Shown here piece after piece: positions 26,075-38,341 of a DNA stretch of 64,000 nt. The stretch covers positions 1-64,000 of the forward strand of contig JALMLS010000508.1 in NCBI GenBank assembly GCA_038496445.1. Direction: 5' to 3'. Source of the stretch: Trichosphaerium sp. ATCC 40318 (taxonomy: Eukaryota; Protista; Tubulinea). The translations under genes were made by a program, and so were the position numbers. Position 1 is the stretch's first letter. Every line of letters starts with the position of its first letter. The notes below the pieces were generated by a model, which saw only the letters and a program-made list of their open reading frames with translations, did not search any database and was not told the origin of the DNA.

Positions 26075-26962
26075 ATGCTTTCTACCACAATAATCAACAG
26101 TACCACCTGTACAAGTTTACTGGAGCTACCGGCAGAGATAATAGCGCTCATCCTGCGCCAAACAACCAATTCGCGTTTTTCAGCTTGTCAAACCTGTCGT
26201 TTACTTGCTTCTATTGTCCATGACATTATTGGATACCATGCTATTATGATTAAAACGTTAGCTCAAGCAAAATCAGCTGTAATACATGCTGGTATTCTGA
26301 AATACACAAAAATCACACTAGGATGGAATGTTGATGACAACATTACCAGGCAATTTGCTGGAGCTCACACTATTGACCTTAGCTACACCAAAGTAACTGA
26401 TGAAGGTGTCAAAGCTCTTGCTGGAGTACATGTGATTAATCTGTTAGCTTGTAAACATATTACAGATGAAAGTGTCAAAGCACTTGCTGGAGTTCACACT
26501 ATTGGCCTTAGTTTCACTTCAGTAACTGATGAAGGTGTTAAAGCACTTACTGGCGTTCATACTATTAAGCTTCGTAAAACTAAAGTAACTGATGAAGGTA
26601 TCAAAGCACTTGCTGGAGCTCATACAGTTAGCCTCTATGATACTTCAGTAACTGATGAAGGTGTTAAAGCGCTTGCTGGAGTGCATACTATTTCCCTTTC
26701 CGGCACTTCAGTAACTGATGAAGGTGTTAAAGCACTTGCTGGAGTCCATACTATTTACCTCACTGACACTTCAGTAACTGATGAAGGTGTTAAAGCGCTT
26801 GCTGGAGTCCATACTATTTACCTTTCTGGCACTTCAGTGACTGATGAAGGTGTTAAAGCACTTGCTGGCGCTCACACTATTAGTCTTAGTAACACTAAAG
26901 TAACAGATGAGGGTGTCAAAGTACTTGCTGGAACTCGTATTATATGGAACTTCAGAATCTGA
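26075..26962 (+). CDS. F-box + leucine-rich repeat protein (intronless)
   Basis: 'LLELPAEIIALIL' F-box-like motif and about nine 22-23-aa repeats 'GVHTIxLxxTSVTDEGVKALA'. Confidence 0.92.
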   Translation: MLSTTIINSTTCTSLLELPAEIIALILRQTTNSRFSACQTCRLLASIVHDIIGYHAIMIKTLAQAKSAVIHAGILKYTKITLGWNVDDNITRQFAGAHTIDLSYTKVTDEGVKALAGVHVINLLACKHITDESVKALAGVHTIGLSFTSVTDEGVKALTGVHTIKLRKTKVTDEGIKALAGAHTVSLYDTSVTDEGVKALAGVHTISLSGTSVTDEGVKALAGVHTIYLTDTSVTDEGVKALAGVHTIYLSGTSVTDEGVKALAGAHTISLSNTKVTDEGVKVLAGTRIIWNFRI

Positions 26963-28089
26963 ATCCCTTGCTGGTATTGAAGAGGTTAGGAGGTTAATGG
27001 ACTAAAGTGGAAAATGTAACTGGCGAAATAAAGACAACATGATTTAGTAGCTATAGCGTTTGAAGTATGTTAATAGAACCTTCCTGGTATTGTAGTAAGG
27101 CAGAAAAGAAACAATACAAACATCATCATTGCCACTATCCTTCACTATAGAACTACAAAGCATTCCTTTTACAGTTCAAGTACAATTGCAACATCAGAAC
27201 TACTAAAAAACACGATAATTATCTATTATTATTCTTCCTGTTTAACTCAGTTACTTTTGCTATGCAATGGATTTCAATTGTAAGTAGCTTCTTTCCATGT
27301 ATTTTTCTCTAACACTTTCTAAATCATGCAGGTAACACAATGGTAACATGTATGAAGCATAGTACTAGTCGCATTAAGCAGTCGACTGGCTTTATTAAGT
27401 CGACTAAAAATTTTTGGCATCGACCCTGTTTTAGGACACTTTTCATGTTTGACTAAGTCACAAACAGCAAAAAGTTGCAAAGACTAGCAAACGTGAATGA
27501 TACAAATAATAGAATTTTAGTTAAAGTTTCTGGCGGCAACTGTTGGATAAGATCAGTTGTATGTTCAGAAGTATTGTGCTCATATGTTATTATTCAACAC
27601 GGGTTCGAACTAAATAAAATCGTTTATACTCTACCGAAAAGTCAATTGTTCTTTGTGTTTAATAATGTACAGGTCTTGATTATAGCAAGTGGAGGTGTCA
27701 CTTTGCGGAGACTAAATTGCATGATGAGAAGCGTCACCCTATATCAGACTGTGACTACCACTATCCCCTCTAAGTCGTAACACAAGGTGTAGAGTCGAAC
27801 CATCTTCCACTGTAATGCGCTACAGTCTTGTAATCCTCTAGTCTCTTCCCAGCAACGATAAGTCTCTGTTGGTCACTTGGAATACGTTACTTTACTTGTA
27901 TACAGCGTTTAATCTTGTTTTTGCACCTTCTTGGTCTTCAATTTTTACTTTTACGTTTTCAATAGTATCCTTGGCAACGACAACCAAAAAAAAAACCAAG
28001 AAACAAAACTAATTCCTTCATCTCCATGTTTGTTAACGGCTTCGCTTTGGGTCTAAACTGTTTACACACCAAAAGTCATTACAAGCTGA

Positions 28090-28385
28090 GGACTTGCACT
28101 TTTTCTTTTATTTTTCACGCGGATTTTTGCATTTTTTTCCGCAGTTTTGACTTGTTGATTACAAATGCCAATTGGCCACTTGTTTGAGTCAGAAATATAG
28201 TACTTGAAAAAAATACCCCTTCCAAACATCCTCATATTTCAATATGAAGGTGGTGAATGCAATACAAAACAGCCGTTCATTAGGTGTCACAAGCTCCTTA
28301 TATTTCGCAGAAATTTGACAATTGCAAAACATGTGGAAAAAATTGTTAAAATCCACGTGAAAAATAAAAGAAAAAGTGCAAGTCC
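28090..28385. mobile_element. MITE-like foldback element
   Basis: About 38-bp near-perfect TIR ggacttgcactttttcttttatttttcacg(c/t)ggatttt at both ends, extending imperfectly inward; no clear TSD. Confidence 0.65.
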
Positions 28386-29362
28386 ATTAAACCGCTTCAT
28401 TAACATCTCTAGCAGTAACATCAAACAGTATTAATTGTGTGGTTGTTTTCTAGATCAAAAAGAAGGCACGTGTATTACATCCTATTGGTCATTTTGTAGT
28501 GGATAAGTCACGTCACTTGAACTATTAGGAGAGTCTGTATGATATTTTCCTAACACAAAGGTTGTTGTACTACCAAAATTAGAAGAGGTTGATACTGAAG
28601 ACAATATTAAGGTCATTTAAAACAGTTGATATCGGTACAAGGAGTTATTTTCTTTTTTTGTACAAAAGAAGTAGTTTGGTACCAAAAACACTGCGAGAGA
28701 AGTGGCCAAAAACCAAAAAGCTAAGTGTAAAAAACCCCATAGTGCAAAAAAACAAATAAAGTAGCTTTATGTACACTTTGCTGAAGTAAAACAATGTACT
28801 TCTATTGAACGTCAACAGAGTTTAATAGCTACCATCGTCAGGATGTACAAACGTTTGTGGACTTTGTCACTTCACACTTCTCTAATACTCAAAAACAGAT
28901 ACTGCATATTTAAGCATACTCACACAGGTCGGTGGTAGCCATTTACTTGCATGGAAACCTTAACGGTGAAGTTGTTCACCAAACGCGCAACTAAATGACA
29001 ACTTCTTTTTTTCTAGTTGTATTATCGACACACTTCACTGATATGGCTATCGAAACTTGGACTCCTTTAGCTGGATCAAGCCATTGAACATCTGAGCTCT
29101 GTTTTACCATAGTATAGTATAAAATGAACCACCTCGATATGACATGTGATTAAATATTCCACACGATTTGCAAGGCTATTTTGTATTGCTGTGGACATAG
29201 GAGTACTAATATTCCAAAGAAATGAACATAAAATCTGACAGTGAAGCACGTGATGCACATAGTATAGCAAACGGGGCTGTATTAATTTTACAAAGTTTAA
29301 TAATTATTGATGTGAACAACAGTCACAAAGTACAGTGCTTTACTGCATGCAATAGCCTTTTC

Positions 29363-30319
29363 CTATTTTTTCTTTTCAGTTTCACGGCTATCTTGTAAGT
29401 CTCCGAAATCCCTAGTAGTTGCTTCAAACATCTTATAATACTTGTGCGGAGGCTTAACATCTTTGAAAGGGAATTGTCCGTTTACTTCATAATCAGCATA
29501 GGCAATCTTACCAACAAGTTTGTATCCACGTTTTTCACAAGCGGCGCCGCTAAACTTGCTTGAACATACAACTAATGCGCCCTACGATAGTAATTAGTTG
29601 ATTGATACTTACTGGTAGGTATGTACCTTATATCCTAAGCCTGTGATATGCTCAAAATTAGTTTTGTAAAGCATCGTGGCAATACCGCGTCTTGAGTGAT
29701 TTATATCTACAGAAATCCCAGCCCATTTGACCCAAACTCCTTTAATACTTGCTTCTAACTTGTGTGTTGATATCCATCGATTATACATTGTTTTGTACAA
29801 CGAAGAGTATTCTTTTGCCATTTTTATACTAAAGAAAAATAAGTCACGTGTCTACTTTTTAGCAAAGTGAACGGGTACCATTCAAATTTTGAGGGTGCCT
29901 CTAATGCCATATCTAAAGCTAAACGAGCGCCAACGACCTGTTCAAAACAGTTAGTAAATTGAGTTTTTTGTAGTTTATTTTCAACTTCAGCGTTATCAAT
30001 CAACGTAAGAAGGACTTCGAACCCATATAGAGTTACGCGGTCAAAGGCGCTGAATTGGGCGCTGTCTTCTTCTAACGTTGACAGGCAACTCTCTACTACA
30101 TCGTACCTTTCCTGAGGACCGTTCTATAGCCACAGTTGATAATCCTTGAGAAGTGATGACTGACAACAACTTAGTGAAATAACCTTCAATTGCGTCCCTC
30201 GACGCTCCGACTGTTACACACTCAGTTTCTCCACGGTAAAAGCCATCTGTCATTACATTTATAGCTTCTGATTTATGTTTAGCTGTTAAGACAGTGAAAG
30301 AGTAGTTGTTGAGGTGCAT
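29363..30319 (-). CDS. GNAT acetyltransferase (arylalkylamine N-acetyltransferase-like), multi-exon
   Basis: 'VMTDGFYRGETEC', 'LSTVAIERSSGKVVGARL', acetyl-CoA motif 'ISVDINHSRRGIATML', 'CSSKFSGAACEKRGY'. Confidence 0.75.
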
Positions 30320-30765
30320 CTGGTGTGTTTGTATTTAATTTATGGCGCTTTTTAGGGAAAAACGGATATCCAGAAACTAAATAAAAACTGCCAAAAAAAA
30401 AAGAGGAAATCTGGTTTTTAGTGTACGTATGGTGAACAGTTACCAATTTTAATGTTGAATGCAGTGCGTTGTTCTTAGATTATTTAAATAAATAAAGTGA
30501 ATGTTCACGTGATACTTTTTCACACCAAGTCTTTCAGTATGTTGCGACGTCTGAAATATCGGAATTTTCCAACATAGCTATCAATGAAAAAATCTGCCCT
30601 TCCGTAGGCCATGATAGCGTGATAACAATATCGCGTTGCGAACAATACGAGCGTTTTTTAAAGCTGTATCAACTGACGTATTGAACTTGAATTCTCGTTT
30701 AGGTAATAACAGCTGATAGCTATTAGGGTTGAGGATAAAGTGCGTTTATTAGTTACTTTTCAAGA

Positions 30766-33037
30766 TCAACTGCAAGCTTTTTAGCGTGTTGAACTATTGC
30801 GTCTAAATCATCTCCGACTAGAAGAGGTGTTTCATCGTCTACAGACAATAGGTAATCTCTAAGAAGTGGCCTAAAATCACTTTGTAAACTTTCATAAAAA
30901 AAACCTTGTTTAATTTTTACTCACCTAATACACTCGCTGTATTCAAGTTGAGTTAATGATTCAAGCTTATCTTTTAGATCTAAACCTGTAGCTGATTCCA
31001 GAGATTGTATGAACTCAAGTTGAAGATCATTAAGAGGGTGGTTCTGCTCTCTTTGTAGATCAGCCTGAGGCAAGCGTGAGTTAGATTTAACCTTTCACAA
31101 TCAAAAAACGGAGCACCTTAGTCAGTGTTGGAGCGTTTGGAAGCTTCATAGGGCAATCTGTACGAGGTGTCTTACGTTGGAGCAGAGTCCAGTCGAAAGG
31201 TGCTAGCATAAATCAGCAAACCAGCAAAAAACAGCATAAAGTTTTCAAAGTTATTTTGTACTTACCTGCCCAAGCGTCACGTTTAGTGAGATGGTTTGGC
31301 AAGTTGAAAATATTTTTTAATGTAGCAGGAATAGAAGCGAGTTCATATTGGGAATCAGGTGTTGGTCCATTTTCAGGAGTATGAATAAGAAGACCCTTGT
31401 TGATCCACGGAGAAATCTAAGAGAAGAAGATTCATTAGAATAAAACCTGTTGAAGTTCAGAAACACGTACCAATAGTGTTGGAATACGCACTCCTAACAT
31501 TGTGTAGTTAAATGATTCGTTTCCTACAACACCATCTGGACTTGGTACATTCTTTGAAGGAGGTGGCACGTGATCAAAATAACCGCCATGTTCATCGTAA
31601 GTGATAACAAACAAGATTTCATTCCATTTTGGACTTGCCTGAAAGTAAGGCGCGGTTAAACAGTATTCAAAGAGAGTAACGTGTACGTACACGAATAGAT
31701 TCATATAATTTTTTCATGAGGACTTCACCAGCTGCGACATTGTGATCTGGATGTTGGTCTAGTGAAATTTGTCAGTAAATTTTTTTTTTGGCAATAAGTC
31801 TAAGATGCTGATGTTGGCTTACCTGTTGCGAAGTGGGTTGCATTAGGTGCGGATTGTGGGAACAAAAAGGTGTAGTTAGCAACGTTTCCTTTTGCTACAT
31901 CATCGTAGAATTGCTCAATTGGGAACTGAAAGGGAACAGTTATTTATCGAAAAAAGTAGTATGCTTCACTAACAATGTTTTTTTTAGCTTCAGCTGTTTG
32001 AAGGTATGCGAAATTCAATGCGCAATATGTAGAATCAATATAGTACATACGCCAAGTAAGTCCAGCTGAAAAAAAACGTAAGCAGGAGAAGTAACATCAG
32101 ACTTTCTCACCTTCAGTTAGACTTTGATAAATAGTCTTTGATGGAATACCTCCCGTTACAGGATTGTTGTTTGTCTGACCGTGAGCAGTTGCAGCATGTG
32201 CAAAGTACCTATTAGGGCACGTGCATGAAGGCACAGAACAGAAGAACTTTGAAAAAAGTAAATCAACTGAAAACACGTGAGCACGTACCATATCAAACAT
32301 AGCGAATTCTTCTGAAAGTGCGCTACAAAAAAAACTAGCGTTAGACTTTTTGGGCTTACAGGTAAACATACGTCATGATTGGAAGTCTGTCTGTTGTAAA
32401 CATGTTCACAGCATTGTCTGGGTGGTTTGTAGATCCATGATGAGCGATATTCGTTTGAATAAAACCAAGCATAGTTTCGTTGCTTGTATGTTGGTATCCG
32501 TACGATGAACCAAAAATACCTTGCGTAGTACCTGTTGTTTCTTAGTTTTTACAAAAAACGCAATCAAGATTTTTTACCACCAAGGGAATGATCAGGGTCC
32601 CAAGGACCAACGTAAGGAGCTGTGTCACCGACGTAGATTTTCTTGCTATGAAGTACAATCAACAGTCATTTTCTCGCCGTTTTTGAAATAAAAAAATTGT
32701 CACGTGCCTTTTTGGATCGCTCACCGATTCTGGGTTATATTCTTTACCAGTTAACCCATTAATGTCAGGATTAGAACGCTACGCAAATAATTAATATTAC
32801 CAATCGCTTGACGGTTTTTTTTTCTAGGCACCTTCATCCATCCTTGCATGTGATCAAACGAACGATTCTCTAAAATACAAATTAAAAAACGAAAAAGTTT
32901 TCGTAGTTATCTACGACGTTGTCACTTTTTTCGAGTCACGTGCCTTCCATTAGTACAATTACATGTTCAACAGGATATTTTGCTGCTAACAGGACCTGCA
33001 CTACAACTAACACAAAAAGGAATACAGAACAACGCAT
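30766..33037 (-). CDS. Phosphoesterase family / non-specific phospholipase C (NPC-like), secreted, multi-exon
   Basis: Signal peptide; 'HVIVLMEENRSFDH', 'DPDHS', '[15 protein letters not shown]', 'DQHPDH', '[16 protein letters not shown]', 'LGVRIPTLL', 'TKRDAWA'. Confidence 0.92.
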
Positions 33038-33416
33038 TTTGATTCCAGTAGTTTTATTTGTTGGTCTTCAGGTCTCGTATTCGTTGTGTTGTGAATTAAT
33101 CAGACTCCGCTTAAGGGCACCTGAAACTAAAACGCGTTGGTTGAAAGCTAAGTACCATTAATTGGACACAAGAGTTCACTGATCTCGGGTTGTGGCTATT
33201 TCGTATCATATTACTGTTAACGGAATAGTAATTATCAAAAATAATTGTTTAAAATTGATAAAAGTAAGCGACCTTAAATATCACGCCTAAGGGAAAAGTA
33301 TGACGTGACTTGACATTGCTCAAACAATAATTCTCTCAATAACATACTATGAGCTTGATAAGGCGTTTGACAAGATATGTAATACGTTTTACAAGTCAAA
33401 GTCAGAGCGAGCATTA

Positions 33417-35744
33417 TTATTTGTTTATTTCCCAAATGAAGTCGTCATACATACCTTGTGTACATATTTGTTTTCTCTTTTTTCTTGCTGCTTTATAGTA
33501 TTCAGAAAACGCTTCTTCTTTACTATGATTATAGAATATCCTTCTACCATCCACATACCGTACTTGGAGAATGGAACGCAAGGTTGGCTGGTCTCTTATA
33601 AACTTAACCAAACTGTTGCTCTTGTCGTACATGTCGTCTTCTTTTACTAAGTAGTGTCTTACAGAACTTGCGACTCTATAGGTTATGATTATACCACCTA
33701 TTTGATCCTGTGATAACCTGATCAAGAAGGTACCAGCTGCAGCTTTTACAACCAGCTTTTCGGCATCTGCACGTGATATAAACGCACAAAAGTATCTGTA
33801 AATAAGAAAATAATCAGAACAAGTAATATAAAAAAGACTCTTGGCTGTACCCTTCGGTAAATAACTCCTTGATGTGCTTTTTGAAACGCAGTTTATGTAA
33901 AAATGGTCCGCACCAATCCCAAAATTGCTGAAATTCGTTTTTTGTTATCGTTGTTTTGTCTGTAACAAAGAATCAATAAAAAAAACACTAGAATAAAACG
34001 GAGGAAAGCTATCGTACTTGATTCACCGAATACAGTTTTTAGCATAAAATAGAAATCTGATATAAGCAATGGTCGTCGGTTTAAACAATCTTGTGGTTGC
34101 TGTGTGTTTACACAATGCTGTCCTGTGTACTTTAGGAAGTGCTTATGGAAGTTATTCCAAAATTGCTGCACATTAATCTCACTAACACCTCCAGAAACAA
34201 TAAGTACAAAGGTTGATGTAGTAAGTACGTACTTTTGAAAGCATCTTTTATAAGACATTCACCTGCAGCTTCTTCCCATTGCGAGTTATTGGATATAGAT
34301 ACATAATGATTTGATTGATTACTTTCTACTGCAATCGTACTCTCAACACCATCGACTGTTACCTTTGTTGAGTAAGCAAATAGTTTATTTAATAGTAGGA
34401 ACGGTTGCTGAAAAAAAACTGTTCACGTTTGGCATCACAACAAACTCTACTGTTAAAAATACTTGCCACGTATAAATTTAAACTAAATTTACAAAGCTAT
34501 GTTAAAGAATAAAAGGTAGGGTAAGGTACCTTCGCTTTAACGACACATTTGATATTGATAAGTGTTTGTCCTGATCCTGTTTTAAACTTAAGGTCGTCAA
34601 TTATTGCTGTGCCAGCATCATCCAGACATGTTTTTGAATAACTGAGTATATCAGCCTTCTTTTTAATACGATTTGGAAGATCACAAACTTGTGGTGTAAT
34701 ATCCGCCTGAATGTACAAAGTTAGTTTACAGTTTTTAGCCATGTTTTCGAAAAAACTCTCGTACAGTGGCGATTGCCGAGGCTTTTGCTGAAGATAATAG
34801 TCTGAGACTTATCTTCCCAATGCTTTTATTTCGCTGTATAGGTCCACTGTCCCATTGTGTCATGTATAGTAGAAGAGGAGGGTGTTTGCTACAAAAATAT
34901 TCAATTTCCATCCCAAAATAAGCCCAACAGATACATACCGCTTGGAGTTTATTGCACGTATATCGTCTTCAAATATCTTCTTTTGAGGTAATATACACGA
35001 TTCTAACATATGTCTAGTATTTTGTAGAGTATGAAATACAAAGGGTTCAAGGAACTCATCACTTTCAAGTGCCTTTCATAACAAAAATTAGCATAAAAAT
35101 TTACGGTAAAAAATCAAAAGACATACATTGAGTTCACTAACAAGGGCGCCAACAGCTGTAGTTAATTCTATGATGTTCTCTCTAGCAATGCCATGATATC
35201 CTTGCTTTATATTTTGTCTTATAACTACCAGTGCGTCTTCAAAAGATGCTATAGCAACAGCATACCTAAATACCTTATTACATCGCAATTCACACTACCG
35301 TCATCATCACATACTTTAGAGGTATATCAATTACATCCTCTTGAATAGCTACGGTATCACTACTACTCATTATAACATCTGGTGGTTCGGACTACAGTTG
35401 TAGGCATAAGAAGTCGAATTTTTTCTAAAAAAAAACCCAAAGAAAAGTTGGGTAAAGTTAACCATGTACCTCTAACCGCTGTCTCTTTCGATCCAGCTCT
35501 ACATCATCGCTTAAAATTATTTCATCGGCCGGCCTCTTTCTAGCGTTAAATACTGGCTCTTGTAGTATTGGTTCATCAAAAGGCGCAAAATCTTGATTTA
35601 GTGGCACTCCATCGTGTAAAGAAAAGTTTAAGCTAACACCCTTTAGATCTGTTGAACCAGCGATAGTATTAGCTAGAGTTTAATTACTTACAAACCGCTA
35701 GAGTTGAGGAAAAATGTATCCGTAGATGTTCCAGCATTATCCAT
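33417..35744 (-). CDS. Dictyostelium-type STAT transcription factor (DNA-binding, linker and SH2 domains), multi-exon
   Basis: 'SNNSQWEEAAGECLIKDAF', 'QQFWNNFHKHFLKYT...RRPL', SH2 'FISRADAEKLV...GTFLIRLSQ...VRHYLV' and C-terminal 'GMYDDF', matching the recalled Dd-STATa layout. The 5' end is approximate. Confidence 0.8.
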
Positions 35745-36299
35745 AGTATATATAGAAGTGTTTGAGTGTAACCAATGCGTTTTGAGTACGTATGGTAGTA
35801 CAAAAATAAAAGGCAAAACCCGAAATATTTACTAGTTACTAATTGTGTTCAGTGAAAATATTCGCTAGCTCGAGAACCTTTACAAAAAATCTTGATAAGG
35901 TGAGTTTGACAGCAAGAATTACGCTTATGTGACATCACCTTCTCTTTGCGTAGTAGTTCTCCGGAATTTCCGAGATTTCTGAAGTTACAGTAAACACTGT
36001 TTGTTCATGAACCTGCTATTTAGCTAATATTTTGACCTATGTTTAGTAACATGTAAATGAAATCAATCTTCAAGCTTGTCTTCTTTGCTTAGCCTACAAT
36101 ATAAAAAAAATACCTTTTGCAACACGTGTACCTTAGTGCCTGCAATCGGAATTCTTGCGCATTTTACCAAAAATCTGATGAAAACGCAACAACTGTTTGA
36201 TAAGGGTTAAAAAAAAATAGCAGCATTTATTACATATTCCTTAACCTCGTCACAGTTTAACACATCAAATATTGAATTTCAGTGGTGTATCAGTAGATG

Positions 36300-36620
36300 G
36301 CACTCACGTACCTTCATGAAACATGCAGATGCTTTAACAAGACTGCCGAAACAAAACGTGTTTCAAATGCATCAAATACATCCCAAACAAATCAACAGGG
36401 CAGTACAGAAATATACAAAAAGCGGCTCTAACACCACATTCACGCCAACCAATAAAACAATATGTACTTTAGAGATGGTATGGATAACGGAGATTATTGT
36501 TTTGGTACTCCACGCTCCTTGCAGAGCAACAATAAAGTCAATCCCCGAAAATTTGTACCTAAAGGTATTCATACAATCCATCTTTCCCTTCAGTAGGATT
36601 ACAAGGCGTACCTAACTTCA
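36300..36620 (+). mobile_element. Possible degenerate Ty3/Gypsy pol relic (RNase H end to integrase start)
   Basis: 'MKHADALTRLP' resembles the gypsy ADALSR motif; downstream 'PCRATIKS...IFPFSRI' loosely resembles an integrase start. No LTRs were seen. Confidence 0.3.
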
Positions 36621-37015
36621 TTCTCGATGATTGTTCTGTAACAGGTTAAAGGTCCCCGAAAATAATTTACAGAACTTATTTGTCAACACCTTACACAGCG
36701 ACCAAATATACTTTTGTTGTAGGCTATCAATTGTTGAAGCATTCTACGGAGATAAACCTTATGTTGTTTCAAGAAACAGCATTTAGTACACGTGCACCAA
36801 AATTGAGAAACTTATTACCCTTTTTTCCTTTCTAACGTGAATATAAATAGATAGGATAGGATTGCATAGAGACTATATTTAATCTATACAACAAATGGGT
36901 ACTTTACCATTTTGTTGTACTAGTTAAAGACTACCACTGAAATCTGTGAAAAGAATGTCAAAAAAAAAAAGTGCTACATTTCATTACGAAGGAAAATCAA
37001 CAAAGAACGCCACCA

Positions 37016-37309
37016 ATGCAAATAAAAATTAAAACACTAACAGGAAATGATAAAATGATTGAACTGGAGCCAAGTGACACTATTGAAAACGTAAAAGTAA
37101 AAATTGAAGACCAAGAAGGTGCAAAAACAAGATTAAACGCTGTATACAAGTAAAGTAACATATTCATAGGTATTCCAAGTGACCAACAGAGACTTATCTT
37201 TGCTGGGAAGAGACTAGAGGATTACAAGACTTTAGCGCATTACAGAGTGGAAGATGGTTCGACTCTACACCTTGTGTTACGACTTAGAGGGGATGGTGGT
37301 AGTCAATAG
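37016..37309 (+). CDS. Divergent ubiquitin variant ending [10 protein letters not shown]
   Basis: Two exons (intron 37119-37169): [80 protein letters not shown]. Confidence 0.9.
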
Positions 37310-37510
37310 TGGTAGTCACTGTCCGGTCTAGGGTGACGCTTCACGTCATGCAATTTAGTGTCCGCAAAGTGACATCTCCACTTGCTATAATCAAGACCTG
37401 TACATTATTAAATAAACACAAAGAAACCCCAACAAAATTGACTTTTCGGTAGAGTTTTGTCACGTGGTCAACGATTTTATTTAGTTCGAACACGTGTTGA
37501 ATTATAACGG

Positions 37511-38341
37511 ATGGCCGCAATACTCCTGAAAGATAACACTGATCCTATCCAACAGTTACCACCAGAAACTTTAACTAATATTCTATGTTTTTTAAACCGA
37601 AGGCAGCGTATTTCAGCAACAACAGTATCTCAATTATTTAATAACATAATTCGAACAAACATTGGGTTCAATAGCATCATATTAGAGGCATCATCGGATT
37701 GTCGTGTTCTAAAGGCATCTCCGTTGCTTAAAAACACACGAATACTATCAAGAAATGTTGGAGTAATATCAGTGAGCGACTTGGGTTGCCTTTGTGGTGT
37801 TCGCACTGTAATTCTTGAATCTTCAAAAATCACTGATGAAGGTATCACAACACTGCTAAACGGAGGAAACCATGCGATACATTACATCGACTTGTCATAT
37901 ACAGCTATCACTGATAAGTCGGTAAAGGCTCTTCAAGGTGTACACACCATTAGGATCGATTGCCAAGCTGTTACTATTGAAGGTATTAAGGCATTAAGAG
38001 ATTCACATGATGTTTCTCTTGGTTGTGCTAAAGATAGTTGGCTTAAATATCTTGGCAATGTTGAAAGGATTAAAATTACCAATGCTAGAGACTTAACAGA
38101 TGATGGAATACAATCAATAGTAAATGTCAAGCGCTTAAAACTATCATATGCCTTTAAGTTGACAGACTCAGGTTTGAAACACTTGGTCAATGTTACACAT
38201 TTATCTCTTTTTAATTGTTTCCAGATAACTGATGGTTGTTTCAAACACTGGAAGTCTCTTGAAAGTATTTATTCTCTCGGAAACCCTCTTATCACGACAA
38301 AGTTGAATCATACAGTAAAAAGGCTAGTGTATTTTATTTAG
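37511..38341 (+). CDS. F-box + LRR protein (intronless)
   Basis: 'IQQLPPETLTNILCFLN...TVSQLFN' F-box; 'IDLSYTAITDKSVKAL' LRRs. Confidence 0.9.
   Translation: MAAILLKDNTDPIQQLPPETLTNILCFLNRRQRISATTVSQLFNNIIRTNIGFNSIILEASSDCRVLKASPLLKNTRILSRNVGVISVSDLGCLCGVRTVILESSKITDEGITTLLNGGNHAIHYIDLSYTAITDKSVKALQGVHTIRIDCQAVTIEGIKALRDSHDVSLGCAKDSWLKYLGNVERIKITNARDLTDDGIQSIVNVKRLKLSYAFKLTDSGLKHLVNVTHLSLFNCFQITDGCFKHWKSLESIYSLGNPLITTKLNHTVKRLVYFI

Noticed and set aside
26350-26930. Regular conserved DNA units separated by variable stretches, resembling a CRISPR array
   Set aside because: They are in-frame 66-nt LRR coding repeats; there are no cas genes and the context is eukaryotic.
37016-37309. NEDD8/Rub1 or canonical ubiquitin
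   Set aside because: It has R72 rather than A72, lacks G76 and is too divergent from ubiquitin.
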